This document shows, one piece after another, positions 1 to 9,749 of a stretch of 64,000 nucleotides of DNA. Positions within the stretch are counted from its first letter, which is position 1; each line of letters opens with the position of its first letter. Source of the DNA: Promethearchaeota archaeon (lineage in GTDB: Archaea; Asgardarchaeota; Lokiarchaeia; Sigyniarchaeales; SOKP01). The position numbers and the translations under genes were made by a program. The DNA lies in NCBI GenBank assembly GCA_016839555.1, contig JAEOUA010000006.1, positions 96,001-160,000 of the forward strand. The letters are read 5' to 3'. The notes under the pieces are model-generated. The model was not told where the DNA came from. It worked only from the letters and a program-made list of their open reading frames with translations, and did not search any database.

Positions 1-23
1 CATATTAAATTTTAAGCTAAATT

Positions 24-569
24 ATGGATCCATTCTCTTACTTTAAAGAATTTATAAATGAAAAAATAAAAAGATTACTACAGAAAAAAGAACTTTGTAA
101 GATACTTTTATTTGGAGCATATTATCCTCCATCAGAAAAAGAATTTCTAATAAAAATTCGAGATGATATTAGAAATGAAGGATATATTAATACTTTTTTA
201 GTAGAAGACTTTCCAAAATATCCTAATTTAAATATTAGAGAAAAGAGTTTTGCGTGTTTAGAATTTTCTGATATTAATGTATTTGTTATTACGTTTAGTG
301 GAAAACAAGCGGGATCTTCAGCGGAGCTAGAACATATTATAAAAAATGCATCCTCTCTATCATTTAAGACTATCGTAACATATGAATATAAACTTGAAAT
401 AGATGATAAAATAAATTCATTATCTCCATTGCAAGAAGATGGATTAAAATTCTCTAACATAAAACTAATTCCTTTCTTGAAAGAGGAATATAGTGATTTT
501 TTTGAATTATTAAGAGCCCAAATATGGAATAAACATTATCATTATGTTATACATGAAAATAGATATTAA
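24..569 (+). CDS. Hypothetical protein, possible nucleoside-deoxyribosyltransferase/TIR-like flavodoxin fold
   Basis: 181 aa; pattern ILLFG...FLVEDF...SDINVFVI...GSSAELEH resembles NDT-like/DUF4062 proteins. Confidence 0.4.
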   Translation: MDPFSYFKEFINEKIKRLLQKKELCKILLFGAYYPPSEKEFLIKIRDDIRNEGYINTFLVEDFPKYPNLNIREKSFACLEFSDINVFVITFSGKQAGSSAELEHIIKNASSLSFKTIVTYEYKLEIDDKINSLSPLQEDGLKFSNIKLIPFLKEEYSDFFELLRAQIWNKHYHYVIHENRY

Positions 570-888
570 ATTTTTCTAATAATAAGATTCCTTATTGAAT
601 AAGATATGTAGGTATAAATATAACTTTTCAGGAAGTAGTAAAATTTTATTTTTTCCTTTTTAAACCCTTGCATATCTCAATAAATTCATCAAATAAATCC
701 AATTGCCATTGATTTCCCGATAGGAAAAGCGTTTACATGAAACAGGTTTTATTTCATTAATGGAACTTTCATTATCAATAAAAATATAATTATAGTAAAA
801 AAAACAGATCAAGGCAATAGATTTTAAAAAAAAATTAAGGATTAAAAGAAAATTAAAAATAATTTTAATGAATAGGAATAAACTAATC

Positions 889-1296
889 CTATCTATTTTG
901 CTTTTTAATGGAAATAAAACATTCTACAAAAAGTATGGCGAATACGACATCGATTATTGCGGGAACAACTGCGGTAAAGCTTATGTCTCCTAAAAGAAAA
1001 TAAATGAATATCACTGGAAATATAAGAAATTTATCGATAATTCCAAATTTTAAAACTGCAATATTGTTCTTGACATCAAAACTGGCAAAGAAAAAGGCAA
1101 ATCCGATTACAAAAATCAGGAAGAAAAATCCATGCATCCACACCAGGCTTGGAGGCATTTCCGCGCCAAATGTAGAAAGAGCAAAAGGTCGGAAAAAAAT
1201 GGTAAGTAAGGTAAACACTACACCCATGCCCCAATTCCAAACGGCAGTAATTAAAAATAAAATTTTATAATATTTTTCTCTATTCATAATTATCAT
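889..1296 (-). CDS. Small integral membrane protein (about 4 TM helices)
   Basis: 135 aa with four hydrophobic segments. Confidence 0.7.
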   Translation of the reverse strand: MIIMNREKYYKILFLITAVWNWGMGVVFTLLTIFFRPFALSTFGAEMPPSLVWMHGFFFLIFVIGFAFFFASFDVKNNIAVLKFGIIDKFLIFPVIFIYFLLGDISFTAVVPAIIDVVFAILFVECFISIKKQNR

Positions 1297-1364
1297 ATAA
1301 ATGGAATTCGATTAAATTTGCGTAAAACATATAATTCGAAATCCAATATAAATCTTATTTTTAC

Positions 1365-1517
1365 CTATTTACCGTACTTTTTTTCCCATTCTGCCTGTTT
1401 TTTTGCTGGATCCTCTCTTATTTGGCATTTATGATGGATTTCATCCTGCTTGGCAAATGTTTGATCTAGTAATTTATCTAAATCTTCTTCAGAAAGATCT
1501 TTTTTCTTTTTCGCCAT
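1365..1517 (-). CDS. Small charged protein, 50 aa (not in ORF track)
   Basis: Manual translation MAKKKKDLSEEDLDKLLDQTFAKQDEIHHKCQIREDPAKKQAEWEKKYGK*; ATG at 1517 preceded by GTGA; same strand as both neighbours. Confidence 0.65.
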   Translation of the reverse strand: MAKKKKDLSEEDLDKLLDQTFAKQDEIHHKCQIREDPAKKQAEWEKKYGK

Positions 1518-1581
1518 AATCTTCACATAAGGATATAATAAAATAAAAAATAAAAAAGGAATAATAATAAAAAATAAGATT

Positions 1582-2613
1582 TTATTTGATATAGCTTGTA
1601 GCAGTTTTTAGGTGTTTTTCAGCACTTGTTATGATTTCATTTATCACATCTGAAACGGTTTCTATTTGATCAATAAGACCCATCGTTTGCCCTACAAGAA
1701 CTGCTCCATCCTCTATATTTCCTTCATAAGCAAGCTCATATTTTCTATTTATTACCGCTAATTCATTTATGTCAAGTTCTGCTTCCATTGCCTTTTTTTC
1801 TTCTTTACTTCCTACGAGTGCTTGACTTAGTGCATATTTATTGGTCCACAATCGTATAGGTCCAAAAACACCTGTCGTGAGTACGGTATCTCGAGCAGTC
1901 GCCGGTGGGATAATATTTTTATACGTGTCATGAAACTCACAATCCTTAGTCGCAATAAATCTGGTTCCCATGGCAATCGCATCGGCCCCCAATGTTAAGG
2001 CTGCCGCAAGTCCTTCTCCAGTAGCAAATCCTCCACAAGCTACCACAGGAATATCAGGATATTTTTCTTCTACTTGCTGAAGTAATACTAAGGTGCTAAC
2101 TTTCTCATATGATTGATGACCGCCTCCCTCAGATCCTGTAAGTACTAATCCATCTACTTTGGCATCTACACATTTGTCTGCAAGCCATAAAGCTGGTGCA
2201 ACATGAAAATGTTTAATATTTGACTGCTCCCTTAATTTCTGCCAGGAACCACTCGATGGAAGCATCTTTGCAGACCCTGCGCTTGTCAAAGCGTATAAAG
2301 CTTGTTCTCTTACTCTTTGGTTTTTTCGTATAAAATCAGGGATTTTACGGCATAATGTACGTGCGTCCATCTGCATTCTTGAAGTTCTAATATTGAACCC
2401 AAAGGGTTTATCGGTATGTTCCACCACCGCTTCCATGTTTTTCATCATTTCATCAATAGAAGATTTCCCATATAGGTTGGTATGAGAAAGAACTCCCATC
2501 CCTCCAGCTTCAGATACTGCTATAGTCAATTCAGTAGTGTAAAAAGGGCCCATAGGAGCGCTGATAATGGGATGTTTAATCCCAAATAACTTGGTAATTT
2601 TAGTTTCTATCAT
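1582..2613 (-). CDS. Nitronate monooxygenase / FabK-like FMN-dependent oxidoreductase
   Basis: HPIISAPMG, AVSEAGGMG, GSEGGGH, VACGG, AMGTRF motifs. Confidence 0.9.
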   Translation of the reverse strand: MIETKITKLFGIKHPIISAPMGPFYTTELTIAVSEAGGMGVLSHTNLYGKSSIDEMMKNMEAVVEHTDKPFGFNIRTSRMQMDARTLCRKIPDFIRKNQRVREQALYALTSAGSAKMLPSSGSWQKLREQSNIKHFHVAPALWLADKCVDAKVDGLVLTGSEGGGHQSYEKVSTLVLLQQVEEKYPDIPVVACGGFATGEGLAAALTLGADAIAMGTRFIATKDCEFHDTYKNIIPPATARDTVLTTGVFGPIRLWTNKYALSQALVGSKEEKKAMEAELDINELAVINRKYELAYEGNIEDGAVLVGQTMGLIDQIETVSDVINEIITSAEKHLKTATSYIK

Positions 2614-2909
2614 TTTTTAAACTGGTCTTTTTAAATTAAACTTTAAATATTTTATAATGATTTAATAAATGAAATTATTTTAAAATTATTTATTTTCCTA
2701 TTATGAAAATTAGGATTTTTCAAAATTCCAATTTTCAAATAGATATGTTAGTCGAAAAGCAAAATCCTTTTGATGGTAAACTAAATAATCGATATAAAGC
2801 TATTTATTAAAATTGATTTAAGGATCCTATTTATTGAAATATAAATATCCAGTTTATTAAGTAGGAAAATCGGAAATTATTAAATAAAAAGCAAGGTATA
2901 CTTATAATT

Positions 2910-4412
2910 ATGAATAGGAAACAAATACAAATTCAAGTAGTATTTATTGGAAAGCCTCAATGGGAAGCAGGCTGGCCTTATATTGGATATGATAATGAGG
3001 AATTAATTAATAACATTATGGAACATCTTACTATAACTTTTCCGGATATAATTTTTCACCAAAAAGATATTATCACTACTTATAATGCTCCATTAGTAAA
3101 TAATATAAAAAATAGCTTAGAGGATGCTGACGGGTTAATATTGTTTACTATCGGTCATTACGGTGATCCTGGAATAATTAACGCGGGAATAGAAATCATC
3201 GAATCAAAAGATATTCCTTGCTTATTAGCTAATCTTGTGTACGCAGGAGATCATACCTTTATTAAAATTTATACCTTAATTAAACACAAAAAAAATCAAG
3301 TATATCCCATTTCTTCACAACACTTTAAAGATTTTGATAAATATATTAAAATTTTATATAATATTTTGCGCTTGAAAGGAGAAAAGGTTTTTTTACTTGC
3401 TACAGAATCAAGAGAGATGGATTGGGATAAAATTTTAGAACTTTTTAAACCAGAACGAAAAAAGATTTTACAGACACACCCTGAATTTATAAATCAGATA
3501 GGAACTATGAGAAACGATGAATATGAATTTTTTACGGACTTAGAAGGAGCGGATCAAGCTCATCCATGGAGAGTAAATCCAGAAATTTATAAAAAACAAT
3601 TGTTAGAAACGTTTGGAGTTGAATTAGTACATGGAAATCCTGATGAGATCGCAAAACACTATGATGCGGTTGAAAAAGAAGAGGCGGAACAAATCGCCGA
3701 AAAATGGATTAATGAAGCCGGTGAAGTACTCCCTACTAAAGATACGATAATAAACTCAGCTAAAGTATATTTAGCATTAAAGGAATTATTAAAGGAACAA
3801 GATTATAAATATAGTGTATTTACGCCCGATTGTGGTACATTATTATTACTTGGAAAGTTTCCTGCATATCCGTGCATGGCATTTTTTGAATTAAGCAAAG
3901 AAAATATTTATGGCATTTGCGAGTCAGATACAAATTCAGCAATAAGCTTTTTATTAGGATTATATTTAACAGGCAGGCCTGGGTATGTTTCTAATCATAC
4001 GCTCGATTTAGTGAATGATCGTGTTACCTATATGCACTGTGTTGCTCCATGCAATTATTATGGAGAGGAAGGAAAGTTTCTGAACTATGATATCGTATAT
4101 CATGGAGAATCAAATTTCTTGGGTGCATCGCCCCGGGTCAAGTTCCCAAAAGGTGAGCTGGTTACAACCGTGAAAATAAGCGTTGCCCAGAGAAAAATTG
4201 CCTTACGTCAAGGTATAATCATTGAAAATGTACAAGAACCAGGAGGCTGCGTAGCAAAAGTATGGGTAAAAGATAATGTGAAAAAAATACTGGAGAACTA
4301 TGATTGGGAGACCTTTGGATGGCATCGTGTAACCTTTTTAGGTGATTGGAAGGAAAATTTTGAGGTTGCCGCCAAATTCTTGGGACTAGAATTCATTCAA
4401 GAAGATCAATAA
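2910..4412 (+). CDS. L-fucose/L-arabinose isomerase-like protein
   Basis: C-terminal PCMAF..GICESD..MHCVAP..GWHRV pattern of the FucI/AraA superfamily. Confidence 0.65.
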   Translation: MNRKQIQIQVVFIGKPQWEAGWPYIGYDNEELINNIMEHLTITFPDIIFHQKDIITTYNAPLVNNIKNSLEDADGLILFTIGHYGDPGIINAGIEIIESKDIPCLLANLVYAGDHTFIKIYTLIKHKKNQVYPISSQHFKDFDKYIKILYNILRLKGEKVFLLATESREMDWDKILELFKPERKKILQTHPEFINQIGTMRNDEYEFFTDLEGADQAHPWRVNPEIYKKQLLETFGVELVHGNPDEIAKHYDAVEKEEAEQIAEKWINEAGEVLPTKDTIINSAKVYLALKELLKEQDYKYSVFTPDCGTLLLLGKFPAYPCMAFFELSKENIYGICESDTNSAISFLLGLYLTGRPGYVSNHTLDLVNDRVTYMHCVAPCNYYGEEGKFLNYDIVYHGESNFLGASPRVKFPKGELVTTVKISVAQRKIALRQGIIIENVQEPGGCVAKVWVKDNVKKILENYDWETFGWHRVTFLGDWKENFEVAAKFLGLEFIQEDQ

Positions 4413-4520
4413 AAAAAGCTTTATTAATATGATGCTCATATAATAACTCTTAAATATGAAGAAAAGAAATATTAACATATTGTTATTTAATCTATTTAAA
4501 ACTAAAAATAAATATCATAT

Positions 4521-5921
4521 GTGAAAATCATGAAAGAACGTAAATTTTTAGTATTTCCTTTACCTAAGTTCGGGACCTCCGTTGTTATGGGAATCGCAGA
4601 CTTTGCCTTGGCAACATTATACATTGTAGGATATCAAATCACACCCTTCCTTGTAGGACTTGCATTAGCATTAGGGAAAATTACGATTGCTGCATCTCAA
4701 TTCTTTTTTGGGTGGGTTAGTGATCAAACCCATTCATCTAATTGGGGAAGAAGAAAGCCGTATTTCCTTATCTTAAGCCCCATTTTAGCGGTAGCTACCA
4801 TATTTTTATTAATCCCTAGTTTGATCATACCACTTGATAATCCATTTACCCTCTTTATTTGGTTATTAGTATGGTATCAAATATTCAATATTAGTTATGG
4901 TGTCACCACACCCTATGAATCTTGGATGGCGGAGCAATTTACCGTGAATGAGCGTCCTAAAGCTGCCCAGTATCTTAATATCTTAAGTATGGCGGGAACC
5001 GGAGTAATGGCTATATTTTCAATGCTTGTATTAACTCAGTTTACCGATAAAGTGAAATTAAACCCCGAAGTGATTCCGGGAGAATTTTTATATAGTGTAC
5101 TCGCTTTTAGTATCATTTTAATCGTATTATTTTACCTTGTGGTATTTTTAATGCCGACAGAACCTTATCAGGAGATTAAAACCACGATGGTGGAGCGATT
5201 AAAGATTGTTTTAAAGAACAGAAATTATCTACTAGTTAATGTGATGATAGGAATTGCCAGTTTGGCGTGGTCTATGATTGGCTCGTTAATTTTACTTTTT
5301 CTGGAAAAAGTTTTACAATTTGAATTGATATTTTATATCATCACTGCCGCGGCATATCTTTTGGGAATTCTTGTATTTTTGTATATTTGGAGAAAATTGA
5401 TCGTTAATAAAGGAAAGAAAACAACTCTGCTGTATGTGTTTTTATTAGCAATTATCACTCTTCCTTTTTCACTTTTAGGGGTTATTCGAGGAGGTTTTTC
5501 AATTATTTATGGAATCTTATTTATCCTCTCTATTGCAGCAGCGATGGGCGGCTGGTTTTTATTCCCAAGCATTTTATTGGCTGACCTTGCAGAAGATGAT
5601 CAGAAAAAAACGGGAGAATTAAAAGCGGGCATTTATAAGGGCTTCCCCAGCATAATATTAAATGCTTTTCAAGCAATGGGACTTCTTCTCATGGGATTTA
5701 TCTTAGAACTCCCTCAAATATCAGTAGGTCCGACAACCTATTCTTTTGGATGGAATGTATTTAGATTTGGGGATTTTGCTATTCGTTTTTTTACTATTTT
5801 TGTAGAAACTTCTAATATATCCCTGGGATACGTGCTCTGGGGTCCAATTTGCTCCATCATATTAATTGGTGCATATTTCTTTTCGAAAAAATTTATCATC
5901 GTTGATTTTGATTGGGAATAA
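4521..5921 (+). CDS. MFS transporter, GPH (glycoside-pentoside-hexuronide) family
   Basis: GWVSDQTHSSNWGRRKPY motif, ADLAEDD..TGELKAGIY, about 12 TM. Confidence 0.9.
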   Translation: MKIMKERKFLVFPLPKFGTSVVMGIADFALATLYIVGYQITPFLVGLALALGKITIAASQFFFGWVSDQTHSSNWGRRKPYFLILSPILAVATIFLLIPSLIIPLDNPFTLFIWLLVWYQIFNISYGVTTPYESWMAEQFTVNERPKAAQYLNILSMAGTGVMAIFSMLVLTQFTDKVKLNPEVIPGEFLYSVLAFSIILIVLFYLVVFLMPTEPYQEIKTTMVERLKIVLKNRNYLLVNVMIGIASLAWSMIGSLILLFLEKVLQFELIFYIITAAAYLLGILVFLYIWRKLIVNKGKKTTLLYVFLLAIITLPFSLLGVIRGGFSIIYGILFILSIAAAMGGWFLFPSILLADLAEDDQKKTGELKAGIYKGFPSIILNAFQAMGLLLMGFILELPQISVGPTTYSFGWNVFRFGDFAIRFFTIFVETSNISLGYVLWGPICSIILIGAYFFSKKFIIVDFDWE

Positions 5922-5967
5922 TTAAATAATAAACTTAAAATATTTTTTTTTCATTTATTCATTATTT

Positions 5968-7044
5968 ATGAACTCAAAAGAGCGTATTCTTGCAGTCTAT
6001 AATCGGGAAAAAAGAAACACTTTAGACCGAGTTCCCAGCCACGTACAATATGTAGCTCCTGAGTTTATATCAAAATATGCGGATTATTTTTCAAACACTT
6101 ATGATCAGAATTTATTCAATCAATATTTTGGCGCTCCCTTTGCTTTAGGATTTGATTCCATTTTTGCGCCTATTCCTTCGAGTATAAAATTTCGTAGTCT
6201 ACAAATTGAACTGAAAGGGGGAGAAACAATAAGAATTGGAGTGAATGGTCAATCAATTAGGGCAAAAACCACGTATTATGAAGGAGGTTACGTAAATTCT
6301 TTAGAGATTTTAAATCAAATGAAGGACAAGTTAAAATTTGTTGATAAAAAAAGGGAGATTCAATATGTATTAAATAATTATGAGAAAATTGAAAAACACA
6401 TTTATCCGATAGTAATGGTTGGTGGAATTTTCGATAGAACATGGCAAGCAATGGGAATGACGGAATTTAGTAAACATTTTCGGAAAAAAACCGAACTATA
6501 TAAGAAATTAATTAGCTTTTATGCGGAAATTATGAATAATGATATTAGGGGATTGATTGAAGCAACTGATTACTCAGAAAGAATCATCAATATTTTAGAT
6601 GATGTAGCCTATAGAGGGAGAACTATGATTTCACCAACTCAATGGGAGCAAGATTTTATGCCTTATTATAAGGATGTAACTGATATAATTAGCTCAGCAG
6701 GTATGATTCCACAAGTTCACACTGATGGAGATCCTACCGATTTAATCCCTTATTTTCAAAAGGCGGGATTTAGAGGCCTTCAAGGATGGGAAGGAGGCGC
6801 CGATCCTTTTTTTATTAATGAACATTTTCCTGAGTTTGTAGTGCTGGGATTTGGAGATGTTAGTCATATCCTTCCTTATGGAACAGAAGCTCAAATAAAG
6901 GCTCATGCTCAGCAGTTAATGGATGCTCTTAAAGAGAATAGGCATTTTATTATTGGTCCTAGTACCATTATATATGAAAAAATTCCTTTAAAGAATATCC
7001 AAATATTCATGAAAACAATAAAGAATTTTGGAAAATATTATTAA
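5968..7044 (+). CDS. Uroporphyrinogen decarboxylase / MtaA-CmuA methyltransferase family protein
   Basis: MNSKERIL..DRVP, DDVAY..TMISP, HTDG, GT..QI motifs. Confidence 0.85.
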   Translation: MNSKERILAVYNREKRNTLDRVPSHVQYVAPEFISKYADYFSNTYDQNLFNQYFGAPFALGFDSIFAPIPSSIKFRSLQIELKGGETIRIGVNGQSIRAKTTYYEGGYVNSLEILNQMKDKLKFVDKKREIQYVLNNYEKIEKHIYPIVMVGGIFDRTWQAMGMTEFSKHFRKKTELYKKLISFYAEIMNNDIRGLIEATDYSERIINILDDVAYRGRTMISPTQWEQDFMPYYKDVTDIISSAGMIPQVHTDGDPTDLIPYFQKAGFRGLQGWEGGADPFFINEHFPEFVVLGFGDVSHILPYGTEAQIKAHAQQLMDALKENRHFIIGPSTIIYEKIPLKNIQIFMKTIKNFGKYY

Positions 7045-7114
7045 TCTTAAAAATTCAATTAAAATATAAGTGTCTATAAAATAATTATTTAAATAGCTTG
7101 TTATTAAAAATTAT

Positions 7115-7480
7115 TTAATCTTTATTAACGCATTTTTCAATCGAAATTATTAAGTCTTTTATCGTAAATGGCTTAGCTAAAAAATCAGCTATCCCTAAGG
7201 TTAATGTTTCTTCTTTAATAGTTTGATCAGCACTGATAAAAATAATTTTAACATTTGGATCTAATTTTAGTATTTCGCTTGATGCTTCGAGACCATTTTT
7301 GAGCGGCATACGATGATCCATTAGAATAACATCTGGTTTTTTTGTAAAACTTTTAAACATATCTACTGCTTGCATCCCATTAGATGCAATCCCTACTAAT
7401 TCAAAACCATTTAATATGAGAACTTTTTTAAAAAAGAGGAGTATTGAGGGTTCATCATCAACAACAAATACTCTAACTAT
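7115..7480 (-). CDS. Single-domain response regulator (receiver), probable ATA start at 7480
   Basis: Frame is open upstream of the ORF-track start and gives IVRVFVVDDEP..., supplying the acidic DD pocket; ILMDHRMP, ISA and KPF motifs; GAGGTG RBS upstream of ATA. Confidence 0.85.
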   Translation of the reverse strand: MVRVFVVDDEPSILLFFKKVLILNGFELVGIASNGMQAVDMFKSFTKKPDVILMDHRMPLKNGLEASSEILKLDPNVKIIFISADQTIKEETLTLGIADFLAKPFTIKDLIISIEKCVNKD

Positions 7481-9550
7481 TTATGACACCTCTGGAATTA
7501 ATAATATGAATTTACTTCCCTTAGAAAAATCATCCTTTACTCTATTTTCCACCCAAATAAACCCATTATAAGACTCTATAATTTTTTTTGTTAAAGATAA
7601 TCCTAAACCGCGTCCGTAATAAGTTCTATTTTCTTCAGCAGCTCTTAAAAATATCATTTCTTTTTTTTCATCTAAAATCCCTATTCCATTATCTATAAAT
7701 TCAAATTTAATAAAGGATTTATTATTTCTTTCTTCTTTAGATATTCTTATTAAGATTTCAATTATTTTAGAATCATTATGTTTTATAGCATTTATTAATA
7801 GATTTTCGAAAACATCTTCAAGAAATTCATTTGCCTGAATATAAATCTGGTTTGAGATAGTTTCTATTTCTATTTCAAGAGGTTTAATATGAGGGCTCTT
7901 TTTAATCCTTTTAATTATTGTATTCAGAATATTATAGGCATTTATTTTTTCTAATTCAAATTTTTCTTTTTCGAGTAATGAAAATTTATGTATATTTAAA
8001 ACTAATCTTGATCCTCTTTCTATTTGAATTTCAATAGTATTTAAATCCTCCAAAATATTGATTTCTTTTTCTAAGTCTTTAATATTGATCTTAATTAATT
8101 CCAAACCCGTTAAGATGGATTGCAGTATATTATTAATATCATGGGCAAAAAGATCTTTATAGAATTCCACTCGATTATATGCTTTTTTATATTTAATTTT
8201 TGATTTTTTTAATTTTTTCTCTGCTTGCTTTCTCCTTTTTTCGGACCTTATTTTTTGGACTCCAAAAGCTAAATTTTCCGCCAACTTTTCTAACAATTTT
8301 GACTCCTCAGCATAAAACGCATTTTCGAGTTTAGAGTATATGTTCAATGCCCCTATTGCTTCGTTATCTATGATTAAAGGGAGTGCAATTGATGATTTAT
8401 AACCACGTTTAATAGCATCTTCTCTCCAAGGTTCAAAAGAAGGATCCTCTAAAATATTCCTACAAATTATAGGTTTGGCTGTACGGATGGCTTTGCCTGT
8501 AGGACCTTTACCCTTGTCTGTTTCAGCCCAAGAAATATTGATAGCCTCTAAATAACCATCTTCAAATCCAGCCTTGGCAATGGGTACTACTGATTTAGAA
8601 ATATCTTCTTTTTTTAATCCAATCCAAGCTAAACAATACCCTCCTATTTCAATTATAATATCGCATATCTTTTGAAATAAGGCTGATTCATTATTAAATT
8701 GAATTAATTGAGAATTACATTCACTAAGCATCTTATATGCCCTATTGAGTCTATTTAATTCCCTTTTAACTTTAATTTTTTCAGTAAAATCTTCAATAGA
8801 AGCAACCATTCCATTAAAATTCTTATTCTTATCAAAAAGAGGGGCACCATTTACATTAAGAAATACCTTTTCTTTATTTGGTAATTCAATTGAGTATTTT
8901 ATATTATAAACAGTTTTTTTAGTTCGTTTTACAATAGAGAAAGGTAAATTTTCATCTGGAACAGTATTTCCTTCATAATCGGTGGGTCTCCATTCTGGTG
9001 AATTATAAGTCATATTAACAATTTCTTCCATTTTTAATCCTAAAATATCTTCGGCTTTTTTATTTGCAAAAATAATGTTGCCCTTCTTATTATAAACCGT
9101 AATACCTATCGGACTCGTATCAACAATTTTTGATTTGAGTTCTCTTTCAATTTTCAAATCCTGTATAAGTTGCTCACGATCTGTTATATCATCTCCAATA
9201 CTTAATATTGCATTAATCTCATTATTTTGATCCGTTATTATAGAATTCTTCCATAATATTATTCTTTCTAACCCTCCTCTCAAAAGTATTGGATAACTAT
9301 AGGTTTTAATTACTTGGGATTCACCTTGAATTATTTTCTCAAAAACCTTAATTAATTCCTCTCTTTTTCGCTTTGGAACAAAAGTTTCAAACCAGTTCTT
9401 TCCAATTACTTCTTTTATTTTATATCCAATTAATTCACATCCAAAGCTATTTAAAAAAACGATCTTTTTGTTATTGTCTATGATTACAATAATAGATTCA
9501 GAATTATCGAAATAATCTTTAAGAAGAGATGGTTCAATGTTGTCAGACAT
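7481..9550 (-). CDS. PAS-PAS-GAF sensor histidine kinase
   Basis: Two PAS domains, GAF (GPTGKAIRT...SSIALPL), H-box FAHDINN, N-box NLLINAIKH, DNGIG, GLGL. Confidence 0.92.
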   Translation of the reverse strand: MSDNIEPSLLKDYFDNSESIIVIIDNNKKIVFLNSFGCELIGYKIKEVIGKNWFETFVPKRKREELIKVFEKIIQGESQVIKTYSYPILLRGGLERIILWKNSIITDQNNEINAILSIGDDITDREQLIQDLKIERELKSKIVDTSPIGITVYNKKGNIIFANKKAEDILGLKMEEIVNMTYNSPEWRPTDYEGNTVPDENLPFSIVKRTKKTVYNIKYSIELPNKEKVFLNVNGAPLFDKNKNFNGMVASIEDFTEKIKVKRELNRLNRAYKMLSECNSQLIQFNNESALFQKICDIIIEIGGYCLAWIGLKKEDISKSVVPIAKAGFEDGYLEAINISWAETDKGKGPTGKAIRTAKPIICRNILEDPSFEPWREDAIKRGYKSSIALPLIIDNEAIGALNIYSKLENAFYAEESKLLEKLAENLAFGVQKIRSEKRRKQAEKKLKKSKIKYKKAYNRVEFYKDLFAHDINNILQSILTGLELIKINIKDLEKEINILEDLNTIEIQIERGSRLVLNIHKFSLLEKEKFELEKINAYNILNTIIKRIKKSPHIKPLEIEIETISNQIYIQANEFLEDVFENLLINAIKHNDSKIIEILIRISKEERNNKSFIKFEFIDNGIGILDEKKEMIFLRAAEENRTYYGRGLGLSLTKKIIESYNGFIWVENRVKDDFSKGSKFILLIPEVS

Positions 9551-9749
9551 TTAAGATCAACTATTTATTTTTTAGAATGTCCTTTGAAATTTTTCAATAA
9601 AATCAATGAAGATTAAATTATTTAAATTTGTTGTATAAGAATTGAGAAAAATATTATAGAAAAATGAAATAATTAAGATTTCTAAAAATAATTATTAAAT
9701 TTAAGATTAATAATTTTATATAAATATATTAATTGCTCACTTATTCAAA

